Below, piece after piece: positions 32,357 through 44,700 of a DNA stretch of 64,000 nucleotides. Each line of letters begins with the position of its first letter. Positions within the stretch are counted from its first letter, which is position 1. A program made the translations under genes and the position numbers. The stretch is from Epithemia pelagica (taxonomy: Eukaryota > Protista > Bacillariophyta). The notes below the pieces were generated by a model that saw only the letters and a program-made list of their open reading frames with translations, did not search any database and was not told the DNA's origin. Where the stretch lies: NCBI GenBank assembly GCA_946965045.2, contig OX337233.1, forward strand, positions 310,001 to 374,000. Reading direction: 5' to 3'.

Positions 32357-35300
32357 ATGACAACAACGACTTTCGACCTCAACGAGCCAATGGACCGCAC
32401 CATGCCTCTTCCAGAAACGACAATGGACGTAAACAACCCTGAAATGAACGAATGCGATCCATATCAATTGCGACGTACCCGGATCAGCCCCAAGATGAAA
32501 CAACGAATGGTGGAGCACTTTGGGAAAGAACCGTTTTTGCCAAGATTGACCAACACCAAAGCCACTGACCGCACTGCACAAGCCATTCTCGATTTTGATA
32601 GAGACGTCAGGGGCAGAGGACGTGCTAATGTGGATTGGTCCAAGCTGTCGCTCCGCCATTCGGATATCGGTGACGTGGGCATTGAAGCGCTCGCCCGTGT
32701 TTTTGTTAAAACGACAACAAACCGAGATCCTGAGCTGAGATTGTATTTCGTAAAAGCCCTGGACGACGAAATGGCGGTTCGGTTGGCGAATGCTATGGAT
32801 CAAAATCCGTCCTGGGAGAAGTTGTCTATTCAGCACTGCAATTTTGGATTGCGTGGATGGAAAGCACTGGTTGGTGCTTTGGGCAACAATCACGTTTGGC
32901 AGGAGTTGGAGCTTGTTAGTACGAACCTTGAAGATGAAGGAGTTGAAGCACTGGCAAAAGCACTGCAACAAAATACCCAATGGACCAACTTCGAGCTCTG
33001 GGACATACAGTTTTCTTCTGTGAATGGAGTCAAAGCCTTGGTTGAAGCCTTGAGTGTCAACAAAACATGGAAATCTTTCCAACTTGAGGTACGATTTGGT
33101 ACACGGGTTCCGAGGATCCGCGACTGTGAAATGGAAGCATTGTCACATGCCTTGCGTTGCAATCAATGCTGGGAAACGTTTAGCTATACATTTCCCTCTG
33201 ATTTTGATGGAGGACTGGGATCCGTTACCAGAACACTGCATGGCAACTCAGTCTGGCGAGTGTTTGATATGGATTTAGAAAAGGCAACACATGTCGACAT
33301 ACTAGCCGAGGCTCTCCGTCGACAAACCTCTTGGAAATATTTTGCTTTGAGTCTCCCTTATGGCACTCCCGACCAAGGGGTGGAAATGTTGGCCAATCTA
33401 CTAAAAACGTCACCAAGCTGGGAACGGTTTGTTTTACATGTGCGAGGTCAAGAAGTTTGGTCATGGCTCAAGGTTGGTCCAGCCATTCTCCAACGGTTGG
33501 AGAAAAACTGGAACTCATTGGTGCTTTGGTTTCCATACTCGAACAACAACCCCATTCAGCACCTGCCCTTTCTGCTAGAGAACCATCCAGACGAAATTGG
33601 AGTGACGGAAGAAACAATTTCAAATTTCTTCCTCACAAATCATGAAAAAGCAACCGATGCCCTGGAAATGGCAGAGTATTTGGGACAATGCTGGCAATCC
33701 ATGGATTTGTGCATGCTGCCATCGAACGAGGCACTCCGTGTCGGTCGACCGTTTACCATTCCTCGAACCATTTCACTTCACCACACGCCACGGTTGACGT
33801 TTCTAGCAGCCCTTGGACTGATCCAGTCAATTCAAGGTGATGGTGCAACGGCAGAGAACATTGACAGCACCAATGCTTCTATAGCATCAGCCGCTCTTGG
33901 ATCTAGACCAAAAGGCAATGTCCATTGGTTTCGTTTGTCGTTGAGTCATCTGGACATTGGGGAGGACGGAGCCAATGCCATTGCGGAGATGTTGCAAAGG
34001 AACACAAACTGGCAAATCTTGGACCTGGCCAATTCGGATCTTGATGATCCTGGTGTAAAGGCGCTGGTAAATGGGATGAAGAGCAATTGTGATTGGCGTT
34101 GTATGAATCTGTCTCATATCAAGATCAGCCAACAGGGAGCACATGATTTAGGAATAGCGTTGTCTCGTAACACCACGTGGTCAAGTTTTTCCGTTTCCAA
34201 CATGCCAATGGTCACTGGTGAAGGAGTGATCGACTTGGTTTGGGGTATCGCGCGTCGATCGTGGCATACTCTTGATCTCGGGTTCACGAACATGTCCGAT
34301 CTTGGTCTCAGTGCGTTGTTACAAGCTCTGACGTCATCAAAGACATGGCGACACTTGCGATTGGCACATACTGATGTTGGAGACGATGGCATGATTTCCC
34401 TGTCCACGGCATTGCAGCAAAATTCCGGGTGGCGTTTGTTTGATGTTGGAAATACGAACATGTCGGATCATGATATGAAACAGGTTTCGAAAGCATTAAA
34501 AAAGAACGTCAATTGGCTTACCTATGATGTAAGCCATAGCAATCAACCGCACCTAGAAGCACAGGCGGTCGCAGGGATCACACATACTAGTCCAACATGG
34601 GAATCAATTCAATACAGGTCGCCCAACCGCCCGTTGTTGTTGGCATCCGGTCGCTCGGAGGTCTCAAACGATCAAGAAGCTAGTACAGTCATCAAGAGCA
34701 ACTGTCAATTGCCATCGGCTACCATGAACAGCAGCGGACAGGGAGAAATTGTTGCGCAAATCGGTAACAAACTGCAGTGTTTGGATACAATTCTCAGGCA
34801 TGCCATTGAATATGGTGCAACGCTGATCGTCGAATTAGATTCAATGTCTTCAATGAGCTTTGTCAAGCTTGGCAAGCGCCTCCTAAAAGTATCTGACGCT
34901 CTTGGAAGGATTAATACGCTCCGACTTCAGATGACATCAGGAAAAGAGGACCTGGAACAGTTGAATCCTCAAAGATTGAAGACAGTTCAAGATATTATGT
35001 CATTTGGAATCGATTTGGCAAAGATGATGCTCGACAAGGTACCTTCTGCAAACCAAAAACCAAAATACCACGTTTTCATTTCGTTTGCCGGGGAAGTTCG
35101 AAAAGAGCTCGAGTTTGACTATGTGACCAGTTTGGAGGATCAGTTGCAAATCGCGGCTGGTGGTGGCAACATACTCAATATCTTTGTGGCAGAAAAAACA
35201 ATGCATGCCGGACACCAATCTTATCCGCTTGTTACCATGTTGACGAACGCTCTTACAGCGCGAGTTGTGGTTTGTGTGACATCGACACACTATGTTCAAA

Positions 35301-35882
35301 AGAAATGGTGTATCGCTGAGCTATTGTGTGCTTTGGCGCGGAACGAGACTGTTTGCCCCTGGACGGGTGTCAGTCGAGTGATTGTGGATGCCTTTCCAGG
35401 ATGTCATTGGGTCCTCCCGTCTTCTCCCGCTACAGCGAGTGCGTCACTTCTAGTTTCGCCAAAGAACCCAATTGATAGACCTATTAGTAGAAGCGCCAAC
35501 AAGTGGCTTGATGATTTCAGTGGTCTGTTCCCAACCCAACTACCAATCATGCAAATTTGTGAAATCACTGGCGAAAATGTGTATGGTAAGTGTTGCAGCG
35601 CAACTTTCGGCAGGAATAATTCATGTGTGACTTCTTGAACTCGACCTAAGCGAATGTCTTGTTTTTGTTGCTACTATGGACTTGAACGGAACAGATTCCA
35701 GATACAAACAGTTGGTTGGTCACATGGAAGAGGTCGCAAAAGAGGTGATCTCTTGTTTAAAACTCCGTCAGGAACACGCTCTCTCAAATAGACGAGAGCG
35801 TCGGTGCAACGACGATGATACCTCGCACCAGGATCCTTCGCCTAGGGAAAGGAAACGACACAAACCTTCCAAGAATGACTGA
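32357..35882 (+). CDS. LRR (RNI/NLRC3-like) protein with C-terminal TIR domain, about 1138 aa; exons 32357-35585 and 35695-35882
   Basis: Two blocks of about 28-aa repeats W-x2-L-x-L-x4-(I/L)-x-D-x-G-x2-AL-x2-AL-x2-N. TIR core YHVFISFAGE...IFVAE...VVVCVTSTHYVQKKWCIAEL, with Glu codon at 35318-35320. Predicted phase-1 intron GTAAGT(35586)...AACAG(35694) joins ENVY to DSRYKQLVGHMEEVAKEVISCL. Basic tail RERKRHK. Confidence 0.85.
35586..35694 (+). other. Predicted spliceosomal intron, 109 bp
   Basis: GTAAGT donor, T-rich tract, CAG acceptor; restores the frame into ORF 35676-35882. Confidence 0.7.
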
Positions 35883-37139
35883 CCATTTGGTACGCATTGT
35901 ACATCATGTCTGTCGCTATGGCAACGAGGAATCAGGTTCCAAAACAAGAGCTGTGTCGCATCAGATGCCAACTGAGGAGAATTCACCCTCGAAAGAACGC
36001 AAAGAACCCTTGCCCCGTGGATGACAGTTTCTTGTCAAATTCAGTGGTAGTCTGCTAAGGATGGCACACCATTTAGCTTTTGCTTGTCACAAACCAAGTC
36101 CGAATACAAACAACTACTAAAGGCTTTGTCTCATACCATAATAAGGGCCATAGATTAGCGTTCCATGAACTCACACCACCTCTAGCCAAAAGGTAGCATG
36201 GGTAGCAGAGACCAAGGCCAAAATCCCGCGCGATCTGGAGCCCGCACGTTCGAATCTCTCAACTAAAACCGAATGCAACGCCCAGCAAAGATACAATAGC
36301 TCTCGATGGGGAGTCATTCCTACCAATGACCCCACAAACACAACAAATGGCCATGGGGGTGTGGCCGCTGTCTGGAGCCGTCGCTCCTCCATCAACAGGA
36401 AAAGTGGACCGATGAGTCGTCGCTTGGATCCATCTGTTTGCATGCTTGCTTGTTTGGCAGGCAACCATTCCAGTGCGAGTGGATGAGGACGGAAATCCAG
36501 AAAAGGACTCCAAGTGTCGTTGTCATTTTGGGAATTGTCGTGTGATTGCGGTCGACTTGGTCGGATCGAAACCCCCTTTCCAGTGCGGACACATGCTGGT
36601 TGTACACGGTATGAGAGTTGGAGAACGGCGAGGTATGGGCTCACTTCTTCCTCTCGCGCAAGTCGATGATGGAGTTTCGGCCATCAATATTGGAAAGGAA
36701 CAGTCTCTGTATACATTGGAAAAATTCAAGCTTTCTCGCTCTCTATTAGTTTACAATGAACCATACTTTGGATACTCTCTGTTCCTCTCTCACCGGGGAT
36801 CATACTTCCTCTTGTTCCTGAAATCCGATCTGCATTCTGCGAGATCCGATCCTGTCCAGAAAAGCCACCACCCATGGATCGTTGAGACATAGGGTGATGG
36901 TGTCTGGTGCACACCAGCGACAGCGTCGTGGTGATTACACCAAAGATCGGAGTGACCCACACTCCACCCGATCAGTGTGATAAGCGAGCCAGATGGTCGG
37001 GCGATTCCACGACAACCAAGAAACAGGTACACGAATTGCCCCATTCCGACACCGACGAGCAAAACCATTCGACCACACAACCGCCTCGGGCGACTCGTGT
37101 TCCAACACGACCATCCATTTATACGGTGGGGGTGGCAAG

Positions 37140-37500
37140 GCTTCCATAATGGCCAAGACATGACCTGCGGCATTCGTTGTCATGGTTGTGTTGTTGGTGC
37201 TGCTCCTGAGTTCGGTACGAGGCACAAAGGATGTAGTGGTCGAGGTCCAACACTGGTTTTCGACAGTGTTGTTGTCGTGCAACAAGGTTACGGTGGAATT
37301 GGCATTGAGGGGCAAGACATTGCGATGGGGAGCAGCTTGTTTCCAGGCATGAGCAATTGAACGAGCAATGATGCGACAGAAAGTAGTGATGGTGGAGGTT
37401 TCCTGTCTCGTCGCAACGTCGAGACTCGATTCCTTGTTGTCGTTCTGGTCCATTGCGACAATTGGGACGACCCTCGATCTGATTTGGTGGGTTCCTCTTG
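37140..37500 (+). repeat. Dispersed repeat unit X, copy 4
   Basis: FDSVVVVQQGYGGIGIEGQDIAMGSSLFPG frame; lies between the LRR-TIR gene and K7. Confidence 0.6.
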
Positions 37501-38127
37501 GACTCGTCATCTTCATTGGGCCATTCCGGCTTGACATCACATGACAAGTGCAGCAACGTATTGCGATTCACATGCAACAGCAACTAGAAGAAGGCATTGC
37601 GATTGGAGCGGTGACTCCTCCGAAAGGGACAACCTGCTCTTGACCAAAATGTCGGAATTGGATATGAGATGGTCCTCCCTCCTTACTCTCATCCAAAGTC
37701 GACCCATTGTCATCTTTCGAGGAAGAACCATTCGAAGCGGACAACATCAGGTCCAACAAGGTTTCGCCTTGGTGTGCTTCTGTTCCTGCTCCTCTCATTG
37801 GTTGTGCCACAGCTACCATTCCATGGACCACGCTGTGTTATGTAGAGAGCCATGGTGCCACCAAGAAGTACCCGATTCTGGTCTCACGACTACACAGTCA
37901 CGGTGGTGGCACTGTCCCACAACTGACAGGTAACAGGTAATGGCCAAAGCGCAGTACCACTTGTAGAACGACGCCAATCGGGTCGTTCCTTCCCCGCCTT
38001 TGACAATAAACAAGCACCTTTTCTTTCTTGCAACATGTTCTTTCTATTTTTGAGTAAACACTTAATACTAGGTTCTAGGATTGCAATCGAATGTAGAAAA
38101 CAAGTCAACCACTCGAGAAATAAACAG

Positions 38128-39353
38128 CTAGGTTACATCATTCCCTCTATCATTTTGGCATGTATTGGTCCTTGCTCGTTTACAAGTTAATGTCGATGTG
38201 GAGAAGGGTGAGATCTCAGCATCTCGATACCCGTGCCTTCAAGAGAATGATACCATCCGTTCGATGGCTGCTTACAGAGACGGCGAAAACACCACGAATT
38301 CCTATCCGGTAGTGGTAATGTTGCACAGGAAGGATTCTCCCATCCACCAATCATGGCAACTTGATTGGCAACAGTCACCATAGTGCAGCCATGGCGGTTA
38401 TGAGTGAATGGTGGGAGATTCCACAAGCGGTTGCGGTGCGTATCCAACACTTCCATGGTTGAATTGGTCCATCCTCCCGCCGCCACCAGACAAGATCCCA
38501 CGGCAACCATTGCGCAAGGACTTCGTGCATTGGAAAGCCGCAACTCCGAATGAGTGGTCTAGGTGGGTGAGAAAGAAATAAACATCGAGCCAGTTTCCTT
38601 TTTTGTCTCATCACTGTAACAGGGTGTTGCGTCGTCCAAATACTCCACCGCGTAAAGATTACCATGCTCATTACAGCCTCCAGCGACAAAGATGCGGTGA
38701 TCAATAACCGCACTGGCACATAATTGTCGAGGAACATTCATGGATGGTCCAGCAGTGACAATGTGATTGTTGGTATCAATAATATCCACTGACGAGAAAT
38801 AGCGATGGTTGTAATAGCCACCCATTACAACGATGTATCGATTTTGAACCGCAACAGCAGAACATCCTGATCGTCCCGTTGATAATCGACATGTCAATGT
38901 CGTCCAATTGCTCTTCTTCGAACTGCTTGATTTCGAAGATGGTTGGAGCAAATCGGTGACATTAATTTGTTCGATACAATCCAAACTTGAATATCTAGTG
39001 TATCCTCCCATCACGTAAACACCTCCATTGCACACAATACTGGCATGTCCTTCACGAATCTTGTCCATGGATGGTCCTTCTCGCCATCGCTTGTTTGTGA
39101 CTGCCAGATTCAATACAAGGACGGAATTGGTGCCACCTAGGCCTTGTTGACGTCCTCCCAACACGACGACGGTTTGTCTCTTTGGGTTGTCGTCGTTGCT
39201 GCTGTCCGTATCGGGATGATTAAGTACAACCGTAGCATGACGATAACGCCATCCACCCTCAAGAGGAGGCCAGTCTTCGAGATTCCATTCAGGTGTCTCG
39301 TCCAACAAAACAAGGTCCGACTGCCATGCTTGTTCTTTCAGTGTTGAGGTCAT
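38128..39353 (-). pseudogene. Kelch pseudogene (K7)
   Basis: ATG 39353; TGG>TAG nonsense at 38559-38561 (frame continues TTHSELRLSNAR); additional 1-bp frameshift near 38225. Confidence 0.85.
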
Positions 39354-39802
39354 GGTTCCACACAATGACTGCAGCGAATTTATGGGGATCGAGACACTGT
39401 CTTGTAAGAGGCACGTAGGCTTGCTCTACAGTTGTGATTCTGATGGGTGCGGACTGGAAGCACGACTGACTGCACGAAAGCGATGGACTAAAGAGGTTCG
39501 TCACGAGACAAATCGGGACAGTTGCTTCGACCGAGCTTTTGTTGTTGGCACTGCTCTTTTGTTGTTCCATCCTGCTAGTACTGGTGGTCAATGGTCGGAG
39601 TCCACAGCATGACACGGGCAAAGGTCAGTTTCGTCGCCCTGTTATGTTCGGGATGGGTCGTCCTAGTACAGTACACAGTGTCTCTCGCAAAGAACCCCAT
39701 CAATACGTCGCTCTTTTCCGCCACTGTCCGAGCCCTGCCAAACGCCCACGAGCTCCGCCAAACGCCCTTGGGAACTAGCATATCACAATGCCGCTCCTCC
39801 GC

Positions 39803-39978
39803 CATCTTCTCGCTTTGCACAACACCAATGCCTGGATGGGCAGTGCCTGCAACCAAGGTTTGATTCCAATCCCCTCTAGTAATAGAACAGCATCTTCTCG
39901 CTTTGCACAACACCAATGGCAGGATGCTCCTTGCCTGCAACCAAGGTTTGTTTCCAATCCCCTCTAGTAGTAGAACTG
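39803..39978. repeat. 88-bp imperfect tandem duplication
   Basis: CATCTTCTCGCTTTGCACAACACCAATG...CCCCTCTAGTA.TAGAAC x2. Confidence 0.85.
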
Positions 39979-40598
39979 CAATTTGTTGCTGGGTGCCATC
40001 AAGAAGAGTTGGCCACCATGTGGCTTTGCGGACCAAAAGTGGGAGACTAGAAGAGTCCTTCTAATAGCAGTCCTTGTAGTATTCTTTTCCAAGAACAAGA
40101 AGAAGGATGACAAAAATGGACAATCCAGTTGCTGCATGCCTTGAAGCGTCAACGGAGAATGCCCGTAACAGTGACGAAGGTGATGTTATTTGTTGTTGTT
40201 GGAATATAGTACAACCATGCAATGAAGGCTCCAGTCTGTCTGGTTGTTGGTTCCGTACGCATAACGAGTCGACGAGAAGCACAGTGGAAACTGCGCTTGT
40301 TCCACGGTTGATCATTGCAGGTTGATCATTGCAGGTTGAGACGGACAAGCATCAAAAGTCATCTGGCATCCATGATGCAGCGGTACGATTGCTGTAAAGT
40401 TGTGATGATGATGGCGGGTTGGAACTTGGTGTCCACATCGTCGTCCATCGCCACGAAACATTTCTAGCGGTTCGAATACCCTTGACTGTGCAAAAGATTG
40501 TAGGTACAGGCTTTTTGGTGAAAATCCCCATCGGGGGTGAGTCACGAGTATTAGTGAATGAGTAGTTTGAACACCAAAAGACATATACATCGACGGCT

Positions 40599-40780
40599 AT
40601 GACGACGACGACGACGACTTGACCTCTCATCAAGCAATTTCATCACCATGTCTCTTCCGGAAACGATGATAGATAACAACAATCATCAAGTGGCATCCTT
40701 CAATCCCTGACAATTGAGTTGCGAGGCACCAGGATTAGCCCCAACTTGAAACAACGAATGGTGGTGCAGCATGAGAGTTT
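40599..40780 (+). pseudogene. 5' remnant of the LRR-TIR-family partner gene, head-to-head with K7
   Basis: MTTTTTT...MSLPETMIDNNNHQVASFNP*QL / LRGTRISPNLKQRMV, compared with LRRTRISPKMKQRMV in the intact gene. Confidence 0.8.
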
Positions 40781-41701
40781 GCATGGACCCGCAAGTTCGA
40801 ATCGCTCCAATCTACTGAGAACAAAGATCGGCAAGAAGATACGAAAACTCTCGATGGGGAGTCACTCTTGCCATTGGGTCACCGTTGCCGCTCCGTAGAC
40901 GTGGCACTACGATTGCCTTGGTCGTAGACATTGGTTTCTCATGAGTCATCGACAATTAAGCCTTGAAATTGTTGTCTGATCGGTTACGCCATATACTCCG
41001 TGCTGCATCGGTTGCTTCGCGAAACGATGGAACTGTTGATGTTGTCGGAACGGCCGACTGACATGCCGTACCAACCTTGCCTTGCTTCAACTGCAACAAC
41101 GGCTGTTGACGGCCTCAATTCAGGCCTCAATTCAATCTCTCATTCCGAAACCAAGAATCTCTCTTTCTTTATCGTTGTGTGGATCTTTGTCCTTGGCTCG
41201 TCCTCAATCAAATCGTCTTGAAACAACTCACGAGGGGAGTTTGGTTTTGGAGACGATTCATGGACTGTTCGGAATGTAACTTGGACGGTTGGACAACCAA
41301 GGTTTGTCCTCCCGTTGGTAACAGTGCAAGGGATCTCGCTGGAACATCGTACCATGGCACCATCTCCGATTTCCATTATTGCTGGCATGTGAAATAGACA
41401 CGTAATATCCAACGACCTTGACCAAATGCCTGGTGGGTATCGGGTTCGATTGCACAAGTTCAAGGAGGTCCCTATTGGCACTTGGCTGTCATTACCAATG
41501 TCTATGCCGATGGACGGTATCTGCTCAAGAATTCAACGAACATGAAGTGGAGAGGGTGAGTCGTTTTGATCCCCCTGTACTGTGATTGGAGAAACTATTC
41601 GGTACCAGTGATGGATGACTATACATCGAGGACAGCCAGAGCACCGAAACAACCACGTGGGTGAATGAAGATTGTCGTGTTTTACAGTCCTGGCAATTGG
41701 T

Positions 41702-44700
41702 TGTTGGAATCTTCAATTGAGTCGCTCTTCATGTCGTGGTCCCGAATCAAGTCAGTCGCACAACGAGACAATGGGATGCAAACCGCATGGGAGGCGGTTA
41801 TAGCTCATCTAGGTCTTGGACCATCTCGATCTCATCTGGCATAACAACATTCTCTCAATCCTAGTCGTAATGCTCACTCTTTCTAAATCACTCAGTTTCG
41901 AAACCCTTTTGCATTACTTCTACGATTACCTTGCTTCTGTGCACAGAGGAGACCATCAGGGCCAATCTAGTGATCCAACATACTAGCTAGTATCGGTGAT
42001 TGCTTCATTGGTCCCCTTATCGATCGAAAGAGCGAAACTCGTGAGCACGGGATCAAGAAATCTGACGCTGTTGAATTGCTGAATCGAAAATCGGGACAGG
42101 AGTCTATCAGAACCACCAAGGTTTGAACTCTCTGATCGTGTGTTGTTGCTTTGTCGATTGTTTGACTGATATCATATCTATCTCATATCAATCATATCAA
42201 AATGGATCTTTCAAGTAGCGACAAGACCTCAACTACGATCAAGGTACCAACCTTTTCAGGAAAGAAGGCTGATTACCCCATTTGGTGGATGCGCTTCCGT
42301 TCTCATGCTCGTGTCCACAACTTCATCGGAGCTTTGTCCGATACACCAGAGAAGGAACTCCCAAGCACCGAACACGAACCAATTGACGAGTCGACAGACA
42401 GCGGAAAAGCCTCCAAGAAAGCACTGAATCGAAACGCCATGGCTGTTGCTTGCCTTAGCATGGCACTCCAAGCCGATGACGATTTGAAACTCGTGATGAA
42501 ATCCATCACATCTGACTGGCCAGGTGGTCGTGCTCACATCATCGTGAAAGGATTGTTCCGAAACTACAAAAGCGAAAACATAGCCGCCAAGATGCGAATC
42601 CGACAAGACGTGAACAAGATCTCCATGAGCAATACCATGAACCCCAAGATTCTTCGCAAGAAGATATCGCAGATTGAGAATCGCCATAACCATGAATTGG
42701 CTGACGACGATCTGGTAGCTATCGTGATTGAGAAAGCCGCACCGATCTACAGCACCATTGTTGCAACCGAACAGCGAGCAAAGGGAAGTGCCCTCACTGC
42801 AGATGACCTCATAGACGCGATGATGACCCAATGGAATCTACATCACGACGAAGATGATGATGGCGAGGATGGCACTGAATCAAGTCTCGATCAGTCCGCC
42901 AGTGGTGGATTGTCACTTCAAGTCACTCAAACAAATCCCGTCTGTCAAGCAGTCGGCGATCCCAATAGTGTTCCTCCACAGCCATTTGTTGTGTGCAATT
43001 TCTGCCAAGAACCAGGACATGGGTACTATCAATGCCCTCTTCGATCCCAAGCATCACAACAAGGAACCGGTACTGCATTGGCCGTTGGACCAGGACAGCA
43101 ACAATACCAGCAACAACAAGGATATCGCCCATACAACGGACAACAACAAGGCCAATGGCGACAGCCATATCAACAAGGCGATCGTCCACGCCCATACTGT
43201 GAGGATTGCAAAGTGTATGGCCATTCAACGCAGCGTTGCTGGGAGAATCCAGCTAATGCGCAATTTCGCCCACCCAATTGGACAAGTCGTCGCAATCGCC
43301 CTCAACAGGCTCCATCTCCAAGTCCTCCAACCAGTACACCAGCTCAAGACATCGCTACTGTTGTTGCGTCTAACACCACAACACGTCCGACAACTCCAAC
43401 CACTCCCAATGGACAGTCGACCCCATCATCAGAAACCCGTGTTGAGATGCTCATGAGCGGCATCGAATTTCCACATGACTTACAACTCCTTCGTGATCCC
43501 AACATCTGGATCGCGGATACTGGTGCTACACAGCACATGACTTCTCATACTCATGGAATCATCAATCTCCGACGACCAGAAGATCCTGTCAGTCTTGTTA
43601 TGGCCAATGATACCACAGAGAGCGCAACGGTAATCGGTGACTTACCAGGCATATGCTGCAACAGATACGGCTGCGAATTGCGGTCTGGTCAAATGTCCGG
43701 TGTCAATATCTTACCATCTACTGCTTTCAACCTGTTTAGCATCTCCAAGATGCTTAAACAGGGATGGTCCTTGAGTGGTTCGTCTGAAGCAATCATAATC
43801 ACCAAGGGAAGTATGAGTGTGACGTTCGACATTGTAATACCGACGCCTGACGGAATGATTTTCTGTTTGTATTTCAAGCGCAAGCAAGAACTTACCGGTC
43901 ATGAGATTTTCGGAGCATTACCTGACATTGGTCCCAAGAAACGACAAACCATGTCACTCCAGGACGCCCATGACAAACTTGGCCACATTGACATCCGCAA
44001 GATCAAACCAATAGTGGAACACCTTGGCTTTCAGTTGCAATCTGGAGAGATGGAGAAATGTGCTGCTTGTGCTGCTGGCAAAGCTCGTCGTAAGAATCTT
44101 CCTCGCTCTGACACTCATGCAAATTCCGAACCAGAAGATCCAAACGTCAATCGCATATACCTCGACATGAGTTCTGTCCGTCCCATCAAATCGCATCCAA
44201 CACCACGCAAGAATCAATGGCGAATGATTGTTCATGGCAGGACTCAACTAAAATTCTCAGCATTCTACGAGTCTAAGAAAGCAATGGTCGAACCGACTTG
44301 TGAATTTCTTCATCGATGGGAATCTAATGGACTTGGGGCGACTCATGTGCGTCTCGATAATGCCGGTGAAAATATTCTTCTTCAGTCGCGTAGTCAGTCT
44401 GCCGACTGGAAACTGAACCTTAACTTCGAATTCACTGCGCGTAATACCCCGCAACAGAACTCGCTTGCGGAAGTTGCAATTTCTACCATTGCTATGAGAG
44501 GTCGAGCCATGATGCATCGAGCAAATGTACCTATGGAATATCGCAGTCTATTGTGGACAACTGCCTTCGACACAGCCACATTATTAGATGGACTTGTAGT
44601 AATCGAACTGGATGGAGTCTCTAAAACACGATACGAACACTGGAGTGGGCAATTGCCCCGATTTGCGCATCATCTACGCACGTGGGGAGAAGCCGGAACT

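Noticed and set aside
32357-35882. Classical NLR or Toll-like receptor
   Set aside because: No P-loop NTPase domain, signal peptide or transmembrane helix seen.
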